64,000 bases of DNA from Thermoplasmatota archaeon. Its GTDB lineage: Archaea > Thermoplasmatota > JAKEGO01. The notes beneath the pieces are model-generated. The model made no database searches and was not told the DNA's origin. It worked only from the letters and a program-made list of their open reading frames with translations. Shown piece after piece: positions 1 to 9,849 of this stretch. Each line of letters opens with the position of its first letter. Within the stretch, counting starts at the first letter, position 1. The stretch is from the NCBI GenBank assembly GCA_028279595.1, contig JANQNK010000020.1, forward strand, positions 1 to 64,000, given 5' to 3'. The translations under genes were made by a program, and so were the position numbers.

Positions 1-60
1 GCGACTGCGGTCATGACGGCACTGGCAGCGGCGGTCCTGATCTTCAGGAAGAGAAGGTAG
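1..60 (+). CDS. 3' end of an upstream gene: hydrophobic tail plus basic residues (PGF-CTERM/archaeosortase-type anchor), partial
   Basis: Frame 1 reads ATAVMTALAAAVLIFRKRR-stop (TAG 58-60): a TM segment followed by RKRR, as in archaeal C-terminal sorting signals. The rest lies outside the window. Confidence 0.6.
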   Translation, partial: ATAVMTALAAAVLIFRKRR

Positions 61-62
61 CC

Positions 63-788
63 CTGCTCCTCCTCGGAATAGGTCACGTCTTCGACCTGCG
101 AGCCAGGATATTCGAGACAGTGGACGGTTTCCAGCCCCGAGTGGTGGCACTGGAGATCGACCCACTCCGTTTCGAGGCCTTGAAGCACCCCGAGCTCCAG
201 GGAAAGGCACCCATCACGTTCCGTCTCCTGAGATATCTGCAGAAGAAGCTCGCTGCATCCTATCATTCCACCCCTGGAAAGGAGATGCTCGACGCCTTCG
301 ACGCCGCGAGGAACGCGAAGGCCGACGTCGCAATGGTCGACATGGATGCCCGCATCATGCTCCAGAGGCTCCAGAAGGCCATGCCCCTTCGGCGCAGGAT
401 CAAGTTCATGCTCACAGCACTGCTCGGAGTGATCGGAATAGGCGGGAAGAAATCCGTCGAGGAGGAGCTCGACGAGTTCGACCGGAACCCGGAGAAGTTC
501 TTCGAACTGCTCGAGGACGAGTATCCCGAACTGAAGAGGGTTCTGGTCGACGAGCGGAACGACCTCATGGCCCGGCGCATCCGGCACCTCACGACGAAAT
601 ATCCAAGGGTCATGGCCGTGATGGGCGACGCGCACGTCCCTGGCATCCAGAAGCTGCTGGAGGACCTCGATCCCGAGACCATCAGGCTCAGACAGCTGAG
701 GCGAAGGAGGCCTGTCAAGAGGATCAAGAAGGCTGAACCCGTTCACGAGGTAACACTAAGCTTCGACATAGATCAGGACGGGGAGTGA
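63..788 (+). CDS. TraB/GumN-family protein
   Basis: Motifs VALEID, GKEM, LVDERN and VMGDAH. The frame is open upstream of the tracked GTG (120) and contains the family N-terminal LLGIGHVF, so the start is probably CTG at 63. Confidence 0.8.
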   Translation: MLLLGIGHVFDLRARIFETVDGFQPRVVALEIDPLRFEALKHPELQGKAPITFRLLRYLQKKLAASYHSTPGKEMLDAFDAARNAKADVAMVDMDARIMLQRLQKAMPLRRRIKFMLTALLGVIGIGGKKSVEEELDEFDRNPEKFFELLEDEYPELKRVLVDERNDLMARRIRHLTTKYPRVMAVMGDAHVPGIQKLLEDLDPETIRLRQLRRRRPVKRIKKAEPVHEVTLSFDIDQDGE

Positions 789-840
789 GCGCTCGGGCTG
801 ACCCATTTGAATGTGTTCCACCCGCGGACAGTGATCGGGA

Positions 841-3800
841 CTACTTCTTCTTCCCATCCAGGGAATAGAAGTCCCTCTCGACCTCGTGGAGCTCGGTCGT
901 CGCCTCGGCGACGTGCTGCTTCTCGACATGGTAGTTGCTGTACTTGGCGACCTCGAACTTATCGGTCAGGCCGCGCACGGGCTTGGGATTGATCGGCAGC
1001 TGCGCCTCGACGTCCCTGGCATACTCCCTGGGCGTCCTGTCTATGCTCCTCGGGACCTTCTTCGAGAGCATCTTCTCCATCCTCTCGTAGTAATGCTCGA
1101 CCTTCTCGCGGTCGTTCATGTCCCTGAGGCGCCTCTTGGACCTGTGGTCGCGCTTGGGTTTGAGCAGGATCGCCCCGAGGACGATCGCCAGCAGACCGAT
1201 GATCGCGAATACGGATACCGAGGCCAGTGAGAGCATATCGCCCTTGTCCTCGTCGTCGACGGCAATCTCCTCGACGTCCGCCGTTATCCTGGAGCCGTCG
1301 TATATGTCCGTCCCTGCGTAGGTCGCGGTCACCCTCATGTTGCCATCCTCGGCCACGTAGTTGACCGTCGTCGCGGCCATTCCCGAGCCGTTCGTGGTCA
1401 ACTGGATGACCGAGTCGTTGCCTATGCTAAGCAGAACGGGAGCGTTCGATACAGGATCGCCCTGGTCGTCCTCGAGGGTCAGGATCACCCTCACCGGATC
1501 GTCCGCCCTCGCGCTTTCCGGCACCGAGATGGTCATCTCGGTCTCGGCCCTGAGCAGCAGGTCGGCGGTAGCCTCCGCGGACGGGTAAATGGTCGTCTCC
1601 GTGGACACGACCTTGATCGTGTGGTGTCCGAGCGTGTAGTCGAGGGTGTTGTTCGAGTACGTGTAGTCCTCCGTGATGACCCACGAGACATCATCGAAGA
1701 AGATGGTCATCTCGATGCCCGTCACGGTGTCCGTCGAGTCCCGTGCCGATATGAGTACCCAGACCGGCTGGTCCCAGTACGTGTTCATATCCGCGACCGT
1801 GAGGGTCAGCCTGTCCCTCACGAGCAGGTCGAACTCTTCGTAATCCTCGTCGTGGTACGTCGTCTCCTCGTAGGATGCAGTGACCCTCAGGTTCCCCTTC
1901 GCGAGGTCCGGGGCCCACTTGAAGCTGTGTGTACCAGTGCCGTTCTCGATCTCGACAGTGAAGTCCATTGCCAGTATGGTCAGGTCCACCTCGCCGTACA
2001 GCCCGACGCCTACGTCGTCCTGCAGTTTGACCTCGATCTCGAGGACATCTCCGACGAAGACCGACTCCGGCAGGATGACGTCCAGATCGGTACCCGAGCG
2101 GATGGTCACGTTGCTCGAGCTCGAGGATGGAAGGAAGTACCTGTGGCCGGGGAACGTTGCGGTGAACTCATGCACTCCCACGTCGACGACGGGCACGACC
2201 CTCGATAGCGCGAAGGTACCGTCCTCCCCGGTCGCAAGGTCCGCCTCGTCGAAGAGGTAGGAGTTGACGGTCATTCCCTCGATGCCCTCGCCCCTGTCGT
2301 TGACGAGCTGCCCGTAGACCTCCAGATTGCCAGACCTGTACTCGAGGGAGTCCTCGCAGGTCGTCTCGGTCCTGACGTAGACGGTCACGACCGAGGAATC
2401 CTCCGATCCGACGAAGAACTCGCTTCCCGCGTACCTGGCGGTCAGCATGTGCTGTCCGAACGTGTCGTTGCTGTCTATGAGGTATGTGTACGACCATGTG
2501 CCGTTGTCGGCCTCGGTCTGGCCCACGACGGTGTCGTTCCAGAGTATATCGATGGTGCCAGACATCTCGTTGTCGAGGATGTCGTGGAACGTCCCGGTGA
2601 TGTCTATCGATTCGCCCCTGATGCCGTCATCAACGTCCATATGGACCATGGTCTCGCGCATCACGGTGAGCTGGCCGGAGTAGTTGGCGGGACCGTGGTA
2701 CCCCTGGACGATGTACTCGACGTCGATGTCGTAGTGGTTCGGTTCCTGCTCGAGCGGCACGTTGATGGAGACATCGATGATCCCCGTGGTCTCGAGGATG
2801 TAGTATCTGTTGAAGACGCTCAGCCAGAGGTTGAGCGTGCCGGAGAGCGGGCCGTTGATGTCCGAGAGGTTGCCCTTGATCCTCATGGGATCTCCGGATA
2901 TCACCACATCGGGGAGGCTGATGTTGAGGAACGTCTCCGCCATGACGATGACGTTCTTGCTCGTCTGGACCGGAAGGATGTATCCGTGGCCATCGTACCT
3001 CACGCGGAACGCCGGCAGCGGACCGAGGGTGTGGTTCACGGGGACCTTCCAGTGGTAGTCGAACCATCCGTCCGTCGCGTTGAGCAGGTAGCTCTTGTCA
3101 TCGACGCTGACCCTGATCTCGTCGTCCAGCCCTGTCCCGTTGTCCATCAGAAGGTAGCCCGATATGTGGTATATCCTGCCTATCGGCGCGAACTCGCCTG
3201 TCATCAGGACGATGACCGAGCGAGCGTAGATGTCGAACTCGGCCTCGTCGGAATCCGATGTGTAGAAGCGCGATCCGTTGAACTCTGCCGAAAGGTTGAC
3301 CGGTCCCATGGGCATGTCCTGGGCGAGATCGACCTCGACGGCGAAGTAGCCGTCTGATCCGCTCGTCCCGACGCCGATGGGGGATCCCTCGAGGAACACC
3401 GTGATGTTCTGGTCCTCTATCCCCTTCCCGGTGTTGTCGATGAGGTATCCCTTCACCTCGTCAGTGCCGTTCCGCACCAGGTCGCCACCATCGAGCGTGA
3501 GCGTGGAGTAGCGGATGATGTCGATCTCCGTCTCCGTCGACACGCCGAGGTACTGGGGTGTGCCCATGAACGCCGCGGTTATCGTATGGGTCCTCGCCAG
3601 TTCGCTGTAAGGGATGTACTGCGTCAGCGAGAACGTACCGTTGATCGTGGCGACGATGTTCGACGTCCCCATCGTGATCGTCACGGGGAGATCGAGTGGA
3701 GAGCCCTGGTCGTCGGTAAGGGTTCCGGTGATCGTTATGTTGGAGTCCACAAGGGCGCTGTCCGGAGCGCTGACAGTGATGTACGTATCGGCAACGATGT

Positions 3801-6800
3801 TCACCAGGTCCGTCCTCCAGGACGGCATGTACACCTCGGTGCCGTAGAAGGTGGCAGTGAAGGCGATCGGTCCGAGTGTCGAATTCGAGGGGACGGAGTA
3901 CTGGAACGTCACCATCCCGTTCGTGGTCGATACGTTCCCGATGTGGGAACCGGATAGCACGAGGGTCATGTTGTCGAGTCCGTTCGCCAGGTCGTCCACC
4001 AGTGTCAGGGTGACGTTGAAGGTGGAGTTCCGGTATGCGTTCTCGGGCACCGACATCGTCAGATAGGTCGGCGCGAACACCCGGTATGTCGGTGTCGCAT
4101 TGCACGACGCGTAGATGGTCGTTCCGTTGTAGACCATGAAGACCGTGACATTGCCCAGGGGGTCGTCCGGGACCGTGACGGGGAGCACGAAGTAACCGTT
4201 CTCGTCGGTGGTGGCGTTGCCCATGAGCGTCCCGTTGGGCATGCCCCAGAATATCGAGACCTCCCTGTCCTCCAGGGGTGCGTCCCAGCCGTCCATGAGC
4301 GTCCCGTTGAGGTAAGCTGTGTCACCCCGGATGACCTGCTTGTCCACGGCGTCGATGTACGTGAATATCGCTCGTATCTCGACCGGGATGCGGTCGGCAT
4401 CCTCCGGATAGACATGGGTGTAGTTCGCGTATGGAACGTACCTGACGACGAGCGAGGTGTTCCCCAGCGGGGCCTCTGGCGGCAGGATGCAATCGATGTC
4501 CGCCGTCTTCCCGTCGACGACCCATCTTCCGATCTCCGTACCGTTGACGGCCACCGAGATGATCCCGGTGCCGGAGATGTCGTCTCCGTTCTCGTCGGCG
4601 ATGTTAACCGACGTGATGAATTCCCCTCCCAGGTAGAGCACCGGCGGAGCCGTCGCGTTCATCTGGACGCCCGGAAGCACCTCGATGGTCATCGATGCGT
4701 TCGAGGGTTCGAGCCAGGTGGTGCCGTTCATGGTGAACGACAGGGTGTGGTTCCCGAGGGCCATGGCGTCGTCGATGTCCCAGTAGAGCTCGGCTATGCC
4801 GTTGTTCGCGGATATGGGATTGCCGAGGTACTCTCCATCCCAGTAGCAATTTACGGGCATCCCGGGGTACATGGCGCCCCACGGGTCCGTTACCCTTATC
4901 GCCTGGTACAGTCGGCCACCCTGGCCGACTATCATGGTGCCGGACGGTAGGAGTTCCGATGGAGCGTGAATCTCCAAAGTAGAGTTCCCGTCCGGCACCG
5001 ACCACGCTGAAGTGTGATTGAACGTTGGAGGACTGAACAGCTGCACGTAGGACTCGCCTGCCCGTGCCCTGTTGGGGATCTCGCAGGTGACGTTGAAACG
5101 GCCCTCGGCGTCGGTCAGGGCGTACCTGGTCTGGTATCCCTGGCCCGTGCTGTCGTTGATGAATATCATCATGGGATGGAAGGGAATGCCGGCTCCGGTA
5201 TCGTTCAGGGCCGTTCCCGCCACCCACAGGGTGTCGCCCTTGTCCGCAGGGTCCTGGACCGCCTCGACGATGAGGGTCGCGTTCTCGTCGCCGAGGAAGA
5301 TATCGTCCTCCCTCGGTACGTGCTCCCCGTCGGACGGGGTCGTTCCCAGGTTGACGGCTATCCAGTTCTCCCTCCTGTATGTCGACGTCCCGTCCGGTAT
5401 GTAGACCTCGACGTATGAGTGACCGCCGGACCCGCCCACGAACCTCGTCGGGAGGCCGAGCGAGTTGGCTAAAACAAAGAATGCGAAGGACCTGTGACCG
5501 CCGTGTCCCACGCGGGATACGGCCACGTTCTTGAACAGGTTGTACGAGAGGTCGATGACGGGGATCCTGCCCTCGGCCTCCGGATATGTCGTACTGCCGT
5601 TGGTGAAGGTCAGGAAGTATTCCGTCAGGTTCGTGAGGATCCTCTGGACATTGGTCTCGCCCTGCAGGTTGTATATGCTCTCCAGGCTCGCGTTGTGCTG
5701 GAGGAACCAGGTCGCATTCTCGCGCACGTTGGCGGGGACCGGGTTCAGCACACCGGCGGGCACCTGGGAGACGTCTGCCGTTGGCGGGACCTCGAGGGTC
5801 CAGTAGGTCCCGTTCGTGATCATCATGTATTCCAGGACGATCCGGGCCAGCTCCTCCGAGAGGACGTAGTAGTTGTCGGCCCCGTCCTTGAAGAACTTCA
5901 GTGTGACGTTCGCCATGTAACCCGTGACGAGCGAGTCAGGTGTGGCGCTGGGTACCGCGAAGTACCTGGCAGGGTCCACCTCGATGGTGTTCGGGAGGTG
6001 GGCGCGGAAGTACATCCTGTACGAGCCCGAGGATGGCGGGGTCGTCGGGATCTGGTACTTGGTGTCGTTGTAGACGTAGAGCGAGAAATTGGAGCTGATG
6101 GTGTCAGTTATCACGAAACGGTCCGCATAAGGATGCTTCGGCGAGAAGACAGTGTACGACAGGCCGTATCCTTCCAGGAGACCGTCCGCTGGATCGATGT
6201 CGCCGTCCCAGGGAGGGATCTCGGCGTCGCCGGGGTCCGTCGGGTCGAGCCCGAAGTCCCATTCGTAGCCGTCGCTGAGTCCGTCGCCGTCCGTGTCCCA
6301 GTCGTACGGGTCGGTTCCGGCCTCGAACTCCTCGGTGTTGTTCAAACCGTCATTGTCGGGGTCCTCGTCCCCATCGGGAACGCCGTCGCCATCCGAATCG
6401 GTATTGTTCCTGTCCAGTCCGTACTCGTCCTCCCACCAGTCGGGGAGGCCGTCATTATCGTAATCGTCCGACCTGGTGCCGTTAAGATATTCATCCAAGT
6501 TGCTGACCCCATCGCCGTCCTTGTCGCCGTCGGAGTCGTCGGTCAGGGGATCGAGGCCGTTCTCGATCTCGTAGGCGTCGTCCATTCCGTCGCCGTCGGT
6601 GTCGTTGTTGGTCGGGTTGGTGCCGGCCTCGAACTCCTCTCCGTCGGTCAAACCGTCGCCGTCCGAGTCCTCATCGTAGTCGCCGATGCCGTCGCCGTCG
6701 GAGTCCGGATTGGACGAGTTCATGCCTCCTCCGCTGCCTCCGGACCCTCCGCCTCCGCTTCCGCCGTCCCCGTACATCTCCTCGAACCAGTCGGGAAGGC

Positions 6801-8337
6801 CGTCCTCGTCGGTGTCCTCATTGTCGGGCCTCTCGAGGACGTTCAGGTTGACCGCCCGTCCACCGAGGTTGACGCGCATCCAGTGCGATGATGAATATGA
6901 TTCGTTCTTGACAGGTACGTAGACCTCGACGAAGGCGTGCACCTCGTTGGTGACGTATCTCGTCGGGACGCCAAGAGCGTTCGCCATGATGAAGAAGGCG
7001 GCCGACCTGTGGCGGCAGACACCCCTCTGGTACATCACGAGCGTCTCGAAGACGTCGCAGTCGTCCGTCGGCTGGTACGGGTCCTCGTCGCCGTCGAAGG
7101 CGGCGTAGTACGATACCAGGGACGTGACCAACGTCCTGTAGTTGGTCTCGAATACCATGGAGGTCTGGTTCATAAGCTTCATCAACGGAACGATGTTGGA
7201 GTGGTTGTTGATGCAGGAGCCGTTCACGCCACCGCTGAGTATCCTCTGGACGGTCTCTATGACCGATGTCGGGACCTCCTTCTGGACGTCGTCGGGCACG
7301 TCGTCCACCGTGAGATCCTCATCGATGTACGAGGGCGTCTGGGACATGTAGGAACCGTTCGTGCCCATCCAGTAACGCAGGTAGATCGTTCCGGACTGGT
7401 CGCCGACGGCGTAGTAGTTGTCCGCACCGTCCTTGTAGAACCTCATGTCGGTCTCGTTCGCCGTGTACCTGATGATACCGGCGTCAGGTGTGGGCGACGG
7501 TATGAGGACCGGCCTGTTCGCCGTGATGGTCATACCCTTCCACAGGTATCCGTCGTAGATCCTGGTGTAATTCTTTCCGGCGTCCACCACCACCTCGCTG
7601 AGATCGGTGTCGCTCACGTACATGTAGTAGTCGGCGCGGACGGTGTCCGCGGCGCCCCAGCGTTTCAGCGAGCCCAGGGGCGGGATGAAGACGTTGTACA
7701 TGGTCAGCGAGTCGGGGCTTCCACCGGTATCCGGGAATCCGCCAGGCGATCCGCCGCTTGGCGGCCCACCGCCTCCGCCAGGGTCGTCCGGAGCGTCGGG
7801 ATCGTGAGGGTCACGCGGGTCCGTGCCGTTCAGGTACTCCTCCAGGTTCGTGTATCCGTCGTAGTCGACGTCCTCCGAGGAGTCGTTCTGATGGAGCTTG
7901 AGGGAGTATTCGACCTCCCAACCGTCTGGCATGCCATCGTCGTCCGTGTCCGGGTCGTACGGATCCAGATGGTACTTGTACTCGCCCCAGTTGTCAAGGC
8001 CGTCGTCGTCCGGGTCCTGGTGCGAATTGTTGGTCTTGACGGCATCGATCTTCTTCTCCCCGTCGCGCGGGTCGACGGCGAAGTGCACCTCCCAGCCGTC
8101 GCAGAGGCCGTCCCCGTCGGTGTCAGGGTCCTCGTTGTCCGTGCCGTTGAGGAACTCCTGGTAGTTCGTGAACCTTTCGCTCTTCTCGAGGTAGCCGTCG
8201 TTGTCGTAGTCGTACCCGTCGTTGTCGGGGTCCTTGTTCGAATCGGGATTCGAGGGATCGGACGCCTCGACGACGATACCGGACATTACGAGCATTACGA
8301 TAGCGAGAACGGCTAGCAGAGGTGTCTTAACGTACAT
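841..8337 (-). CDS. Giant membrane-anchored surface protein: signal peptide, bacterial-type TSP3 (DxDxDG) repeats, two transglutaminase-like domains, Ig-like stalk, TM, C-terminal DUF4129-like domain
   Basis: Repeated DTDGDGLxDGxE units; GVCRHR...HAFVEVYVP core; second copy GHGGHR...HSYVEVYIP; many G.L.D...G...A.Y.G Ig-like repeats; TM near aa 2380; TPREYA...FEVAKYS tail. Confidence 0.85.
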   Translation of the reverse strand: MYVKTPLLAVLAIVMLVMSGIVVEASDPSNPDSNKDPDNDGYDYDNDGYLEKSERFTNYQEFLNGTDNEDPDTDGDGLCDGWEVHFAVDPRDGEKKIDAVKTNNSHQDPDDDGLDNWGEYKYHLDPYDPDTDDDGMPDGWEVEYSLKLHQNDSSEDVDYDGYTNLEEYLNGTDPRDPHDPDAPDDPGGGGGPPSGGSPGGFPDTGGSPDSLTMYNVFIPPLGSLKRWGAADTVRADYYMYVSDTDLSEVVVDAGKNYTRIYDGYLWKGMTITANRPVLIPSPTPDAGIIRYTANETDMRFYKDGADNYYAVGDQSGTIYLRYWMGTNGSYMSQTPSYIDEDLTVDDVPDDVQKEVPTSVIETVQRILSGGVNGSCINNHSNIVPLMKLMNQTSMVFETNYRTLVTSLVSYYAAFDGDEDPYQPTDDCDVFETLVMYQRGVCRHRSAAFFIMANALGVPTRYVTNEVHAFVEVYVPVKNESYSSSHWMRVNLGGRAVNLNVLERPDNEDTDEDGLPDWFEEMYGDGGSGGGGSGGSGGGMNSSNPDSDGDGIGDYDEDSDGDGLTDGEEFEAGTNPTNNDTDGDGMDDAYEIENGLDPLTDDSDGDKDGDGVSNLDEYLNGTRSDDYDNDGLPDWWEDEYGLDRNNTDSDGDGVPDGDEDPDNDGLNNTEEFEAGTDPYDWDTDGDGLSDGYEWDFGLDPTDPGDAEIPPWDGDIDPADGLLEGYGLSYTVFSPKHPYADRFVITDTISSNFSLYVYNDTKYQIPTTPPSSGSYRMYFRAHLPNTIEVDPARYFAVPSATPDSLVTGYMANVTLKFFKDGADNYYVLSEELARIVLEYMMITNGTYWTLEVPPTADVSQVPAGVLNPVPANVRENATWFLQHNASLESIYNLQGETNVQRILTNLTEYFLTFTNGSTTYPEAEGRIPVIDLSYNLFKNVAVSRVGHGGHRSFAFFVLANSLGLPTRFVGGSGGHSYVEVYIPDGTSTYRRENWIAVNLGTTPSDGEHVPREDDIFLGDENATLIVEAVQDPADKGDTLWVAGTALNDTGAGIPFHPMMIFINDSTGQGYQTRYALTDAEGRFNVTCEIPNRARAGESYVQLFSPPTFNHTSAWSVPDGNSTLEIHAPSELLPSGTMIVGQGGRLYQAIRVTDPWGAMYPGMPVNCYWDGEYLGNPISANNGIAELYWDIDDAMALGNHTLSFTMNGTTWLEPSNASMTIEVLPGVQMNATAPPVLYLGGEFITSVNIADENGDDISGTGIISVAVNGTEIGRWVVDGKTADIDCILPPEAPLGNTSLVVRYVPYANYTHVYPEDADRIPVEIRAIFTYIDAVDKQVIRGDTAYLNGTLMDGWDAPLEDREVSIFWGMPNGTLMGNATTDENGYFVLPVTVPDDPLGNVTVFMVYNGTTIYASCNATPTYRVFAPTYLTMSVPENAYRNSTFNVTLTLVDDLANGLDNMTLVLSGSHIGNVSTTNGMVTFQYSVPSNSTLGPIAFTATFYGTEVYMPSWRTDLVNIVADTYITVSAPDSALVDSNITITGTLTDDQGSPLDLPVTITMGTSNIVATINGTFSLTQYIPYSELARTHTITAAFMGTPQYLGVSTETEIDIIRYSTLTLDGGDLVRNGTDEVKGYLIDNTGKGIEDQNITVFLEGSPIGVGTSGSDGYFAVEVDLAQDMPMGPVNLSAEFNGSRFYTSDSDEAEFDIYARSVIVLMTGEFAPIGRIYHISGYLLMDNGTGLDDEIRVSVDDKSYLLNATDGWFDYHWKVPVNHTLGPLPAFRVRYDGHGYILPVQTSKNVIVMAETFLNISLPDVVISGDPMRIKGNLSDINGPLSGTLNLWLSVFNRYYILETTGIIDVSINVPLEQEPNHYDIDVEYIVQGYHGPANYSGQLTVMRETMVHMDVDDGIRGESIDITGTFHDILDNEMSGTIDILWNDTVVGQTEADNGTWSYTYLIDSNDTFGQHMLTARYAGSEFFVGSEDSSVVTVYVRTETTCEDSLEYRSGNLEVYGQLVNDRGEGIEGMTVNSYLFDEADLATGEDGTFALSRVVPVVDVGVHEFTATFPGHRYFLPSSSSSNVTIRSGTDLDVILPESVFVGDVLEIEVKLQDDVGVGLYGEVDLTILAMDFTVEIENGTGTHSFKWAPDLAKGNLRVTASYEETTYHDEDYEEFDLLVRDRLTLTVADMNTYWDQPVWVLISARDSTDTVTGIEMTIFFDDVSWVITEDYTYSNNTLDYTLGHHTIKVVSTETTIYPSAEATADLLLRAETEMTISVPESARADDPVRVILTLEDDQGDPVSNAPVLLSIGNDSVIQLTTNGSGMAATTVNYVAEDGNMRVTATYAGTDIYDGSRITADVEEIAVDDEDKGDMLSLASVSVFAIIGLLAIVLGAILLKPKRDHRSKRRLRDMNDREKVEHYYERMEKMLSKKVPRSIDRTPREYARDVEAQLPINPKPVRGLTDKFEVAKYSNYHVEKQHVAEATTELHEVERDFYSLDGKKK

Positions 8338-8403
8338 GGCTTCACCCGGACCTTAGATTGGCTACACAGTAGCCTCGTCTGCGTAACCACTCCTTATATC
8401 TGT

Positions 8404-8414
8404 CTATATAAAAG
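8404..8414 (-). promoter_or_regulatory. TATA box for the transglutaminase surface protein gene
   Basis: Minus strand CTTTTATATAG about 70 nt upstream of the ATG; GGGTGA RBS before the start codon. Confidence 0.5.
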
Positions 8415-8536
8415 TATGTTGTGGTGATAACCATGTTTCCTCTTCTATGTAATGGAAACGTAAGTATTACGGGAAAACGTACCCGTAGGAGGTTCGAATT
8501 CTGGTATGGGTCAGGTCGGTCAGAGGTCTTTCGATC

Positions 8537-9472
8537 TCAGATCGAGATGTCGATCCCGAGCCGTTCCGTGAGCTCTTTGTACCTGTTCCTGATGGTGACC
8601 TCTGTGACCCCGGCAACGTCAGCTACCTGCCTCTGGGTCCTCCTGTGGTTCAGCTGGATCGATGCGATGTAGATGGCCGCAGCCGCAACACCCGTCGGTC
8701 CGCGACCGGATGTAAGCTCCATGTCGGCGGCCTCCTTCAGGATCTCGATGGCCCTGGCCTGGACCTCTCCCGGCAGCTTCAACGCGCTGGAGAACCTCGA
8801 GACGTAGTCGACCGGCGAGGTCGGCATGAGCTTCAGCTTCAGTTCCCTGGTCATGAAGCGGTACGTCCGTCCGATCTCCTTCCTGTTGACCCTGGAGGCG
8901 TTGGCTATCTCGTCGAGCGTCCTGGGAACGCCGAGCTGCCTGCATGCTCCGTAAAGCGAAGCCGCAACGACGCCCTCGATGCTCCTTCCCCGGATGAGGT
9001 TCTTGTTGACGGCCTTCCTGTAGATCATCGCCGCCGCCTCGCGGACGTTCCTCGGCAGACCGAGGGTGGATGCCATCCTGTCCAGTTCGCCCAGGGCAAA
9101 GGCCAGGTTCCTCTCCGTGGCGTTGCTCACCCGGATCCTCCGCTGCCACTTGCGCATCCTGTAGATCTGGGCCCTGTTCCTTGTCGGGATGCTCTTCCCG
9201 TACGAGTCCTTGTTCTTCCAGCCGATCTCCGTGGCCAGGCCCTTGTCGTGGATGGTATAGGTCATCGGCGCACCGGTCCTGGCGCGCTTCTCCCCCTGTT
9301 CCATGTCGAACGCCCGCCACTCCGGACCGACGTCGATGTAGTTGTCGTCGATGACGAGCCCGCAGTCCTCGCAGACCAGCTCGCCCCTCTCGTAATCCCT
9401 GGTAATGTGGTGGCTCTCGCACTCGGGACACTTCAGTATGTCCTCTGTCTCGATCTTCTCCTTTGCCGCCAT
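8537..9472 (-). CDS. tfb: Transcription initiation factor IIB
   Basis: Zn ribbon CPEC...CEDCG, B-reader [32 protein letters not shown] and [13 protein letters not shown] motifs. Confidence 0.98.
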   Translation of the reverse strand: MAAKEKIETEDILKCPECESHHITRDYERGELVCEDCGLVIDDNYIDVGPEWRAFDMEQGEKRARTGAPMTYTIHDKGLATEIGWKNKDSYGKSIPTRNRAQIYRMRKWQRRIRVSNATERNLAFALGELDRMASTLGLPRNVREAAAMIYRKAVNKNLIRGRSIEGVVAASLYGACRQLGVPRTLDEIANASRVNRKEIGRTYRFMTRELKLKLMPTSPVDYVSRFSSALKLPGEVQARAIEILKEAADMELTSGRGPTGVAAAAIYIASIQLNHRRTQRQVADVAGVTEVTIRNRYKELTERLGIDISI

Positions 9473-9478
9473 CTTTCC

Positions 9479-9709
9479 TCACCTCGTGAATATGTCGATC
9501 TGTTCCAGGCCCATCCCCTTCTTCGCCTTGTCCATCCGTATCTGCACGAACGGAGCGTCCACGGGTCCGAACACGTCCTCGACCCTGCCCACCGGCTTGA
9601 GCATCCGGTCGTAAACCGTGCTCCCCACAGCAGGGGCCTTCTCCACCTTTGCGATCAATCGCCCGGATGGTAGAAGGTGTAGTGTCTTTCCGAGGAACTT
9701 CGCCGACAT
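9479..9709 (-). CDS. gar1: H/ACA RNP protein Gar1
   Basis: LG..LH...GRLI...P.VGSTVYD..LKPVGRVEDVFGPVDAPF; sits directly upstream of tfb, a common archaeal arrangement. Confidence 0.9.
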   Translation of the reverse strand: MSAKFLGKTLHLLPSGRLIAKVEKAPAVGSTVYDRMLKPVGRVEDVFGPVDAPFVQIRMDKAKKGMGLEQIDIFTR

Positions 9710-9849
9710 CTATTTAAGGCGAGTTTGGATTCCCTATTTAAAGGTTTCCCTGGATTATATGTAATTTTGGGTCATTTTTTCTGCGATCGTCGAAGTATGA
9801 GCGGTCATCATGACCGTACAGACATGTGGAAACCATCCCTGGCCCCGCC

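Noticed and set aside
6240-6830. Repeated ccgtcgccgtc-type words suggesting a DNA repeat array or CRISPR
   Set aside because: They encode in-frame DxDGDG repeats and a Gly/Ser linker; no constant-length identical repeats with unique spacers and no cas genes.
886-8316. Many long plus-strand ORFs (e.g. 5494-6891, 6937-8316) opposite the transglutaminase gene, and similar antisense ORFs throughout (10639-11826, 27314-28441, 39188-40507)
   Set aside because: Shadow ORFs caused by strong GC3 codon bias; Val/Arg-rich, no motifs, fully overlapping well-supported genes.
8488-8502. GGTTCGAATTC resembling a tRNA T-arm
   Set aside because: No acceptor, D or anticodon stems can be formed around it.
9802-9816. 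Palindrome CGGTCA-tca-TGACCG downstream of the C25 gene
   Set aside because: Too short to interpret; at most part of a terminator.
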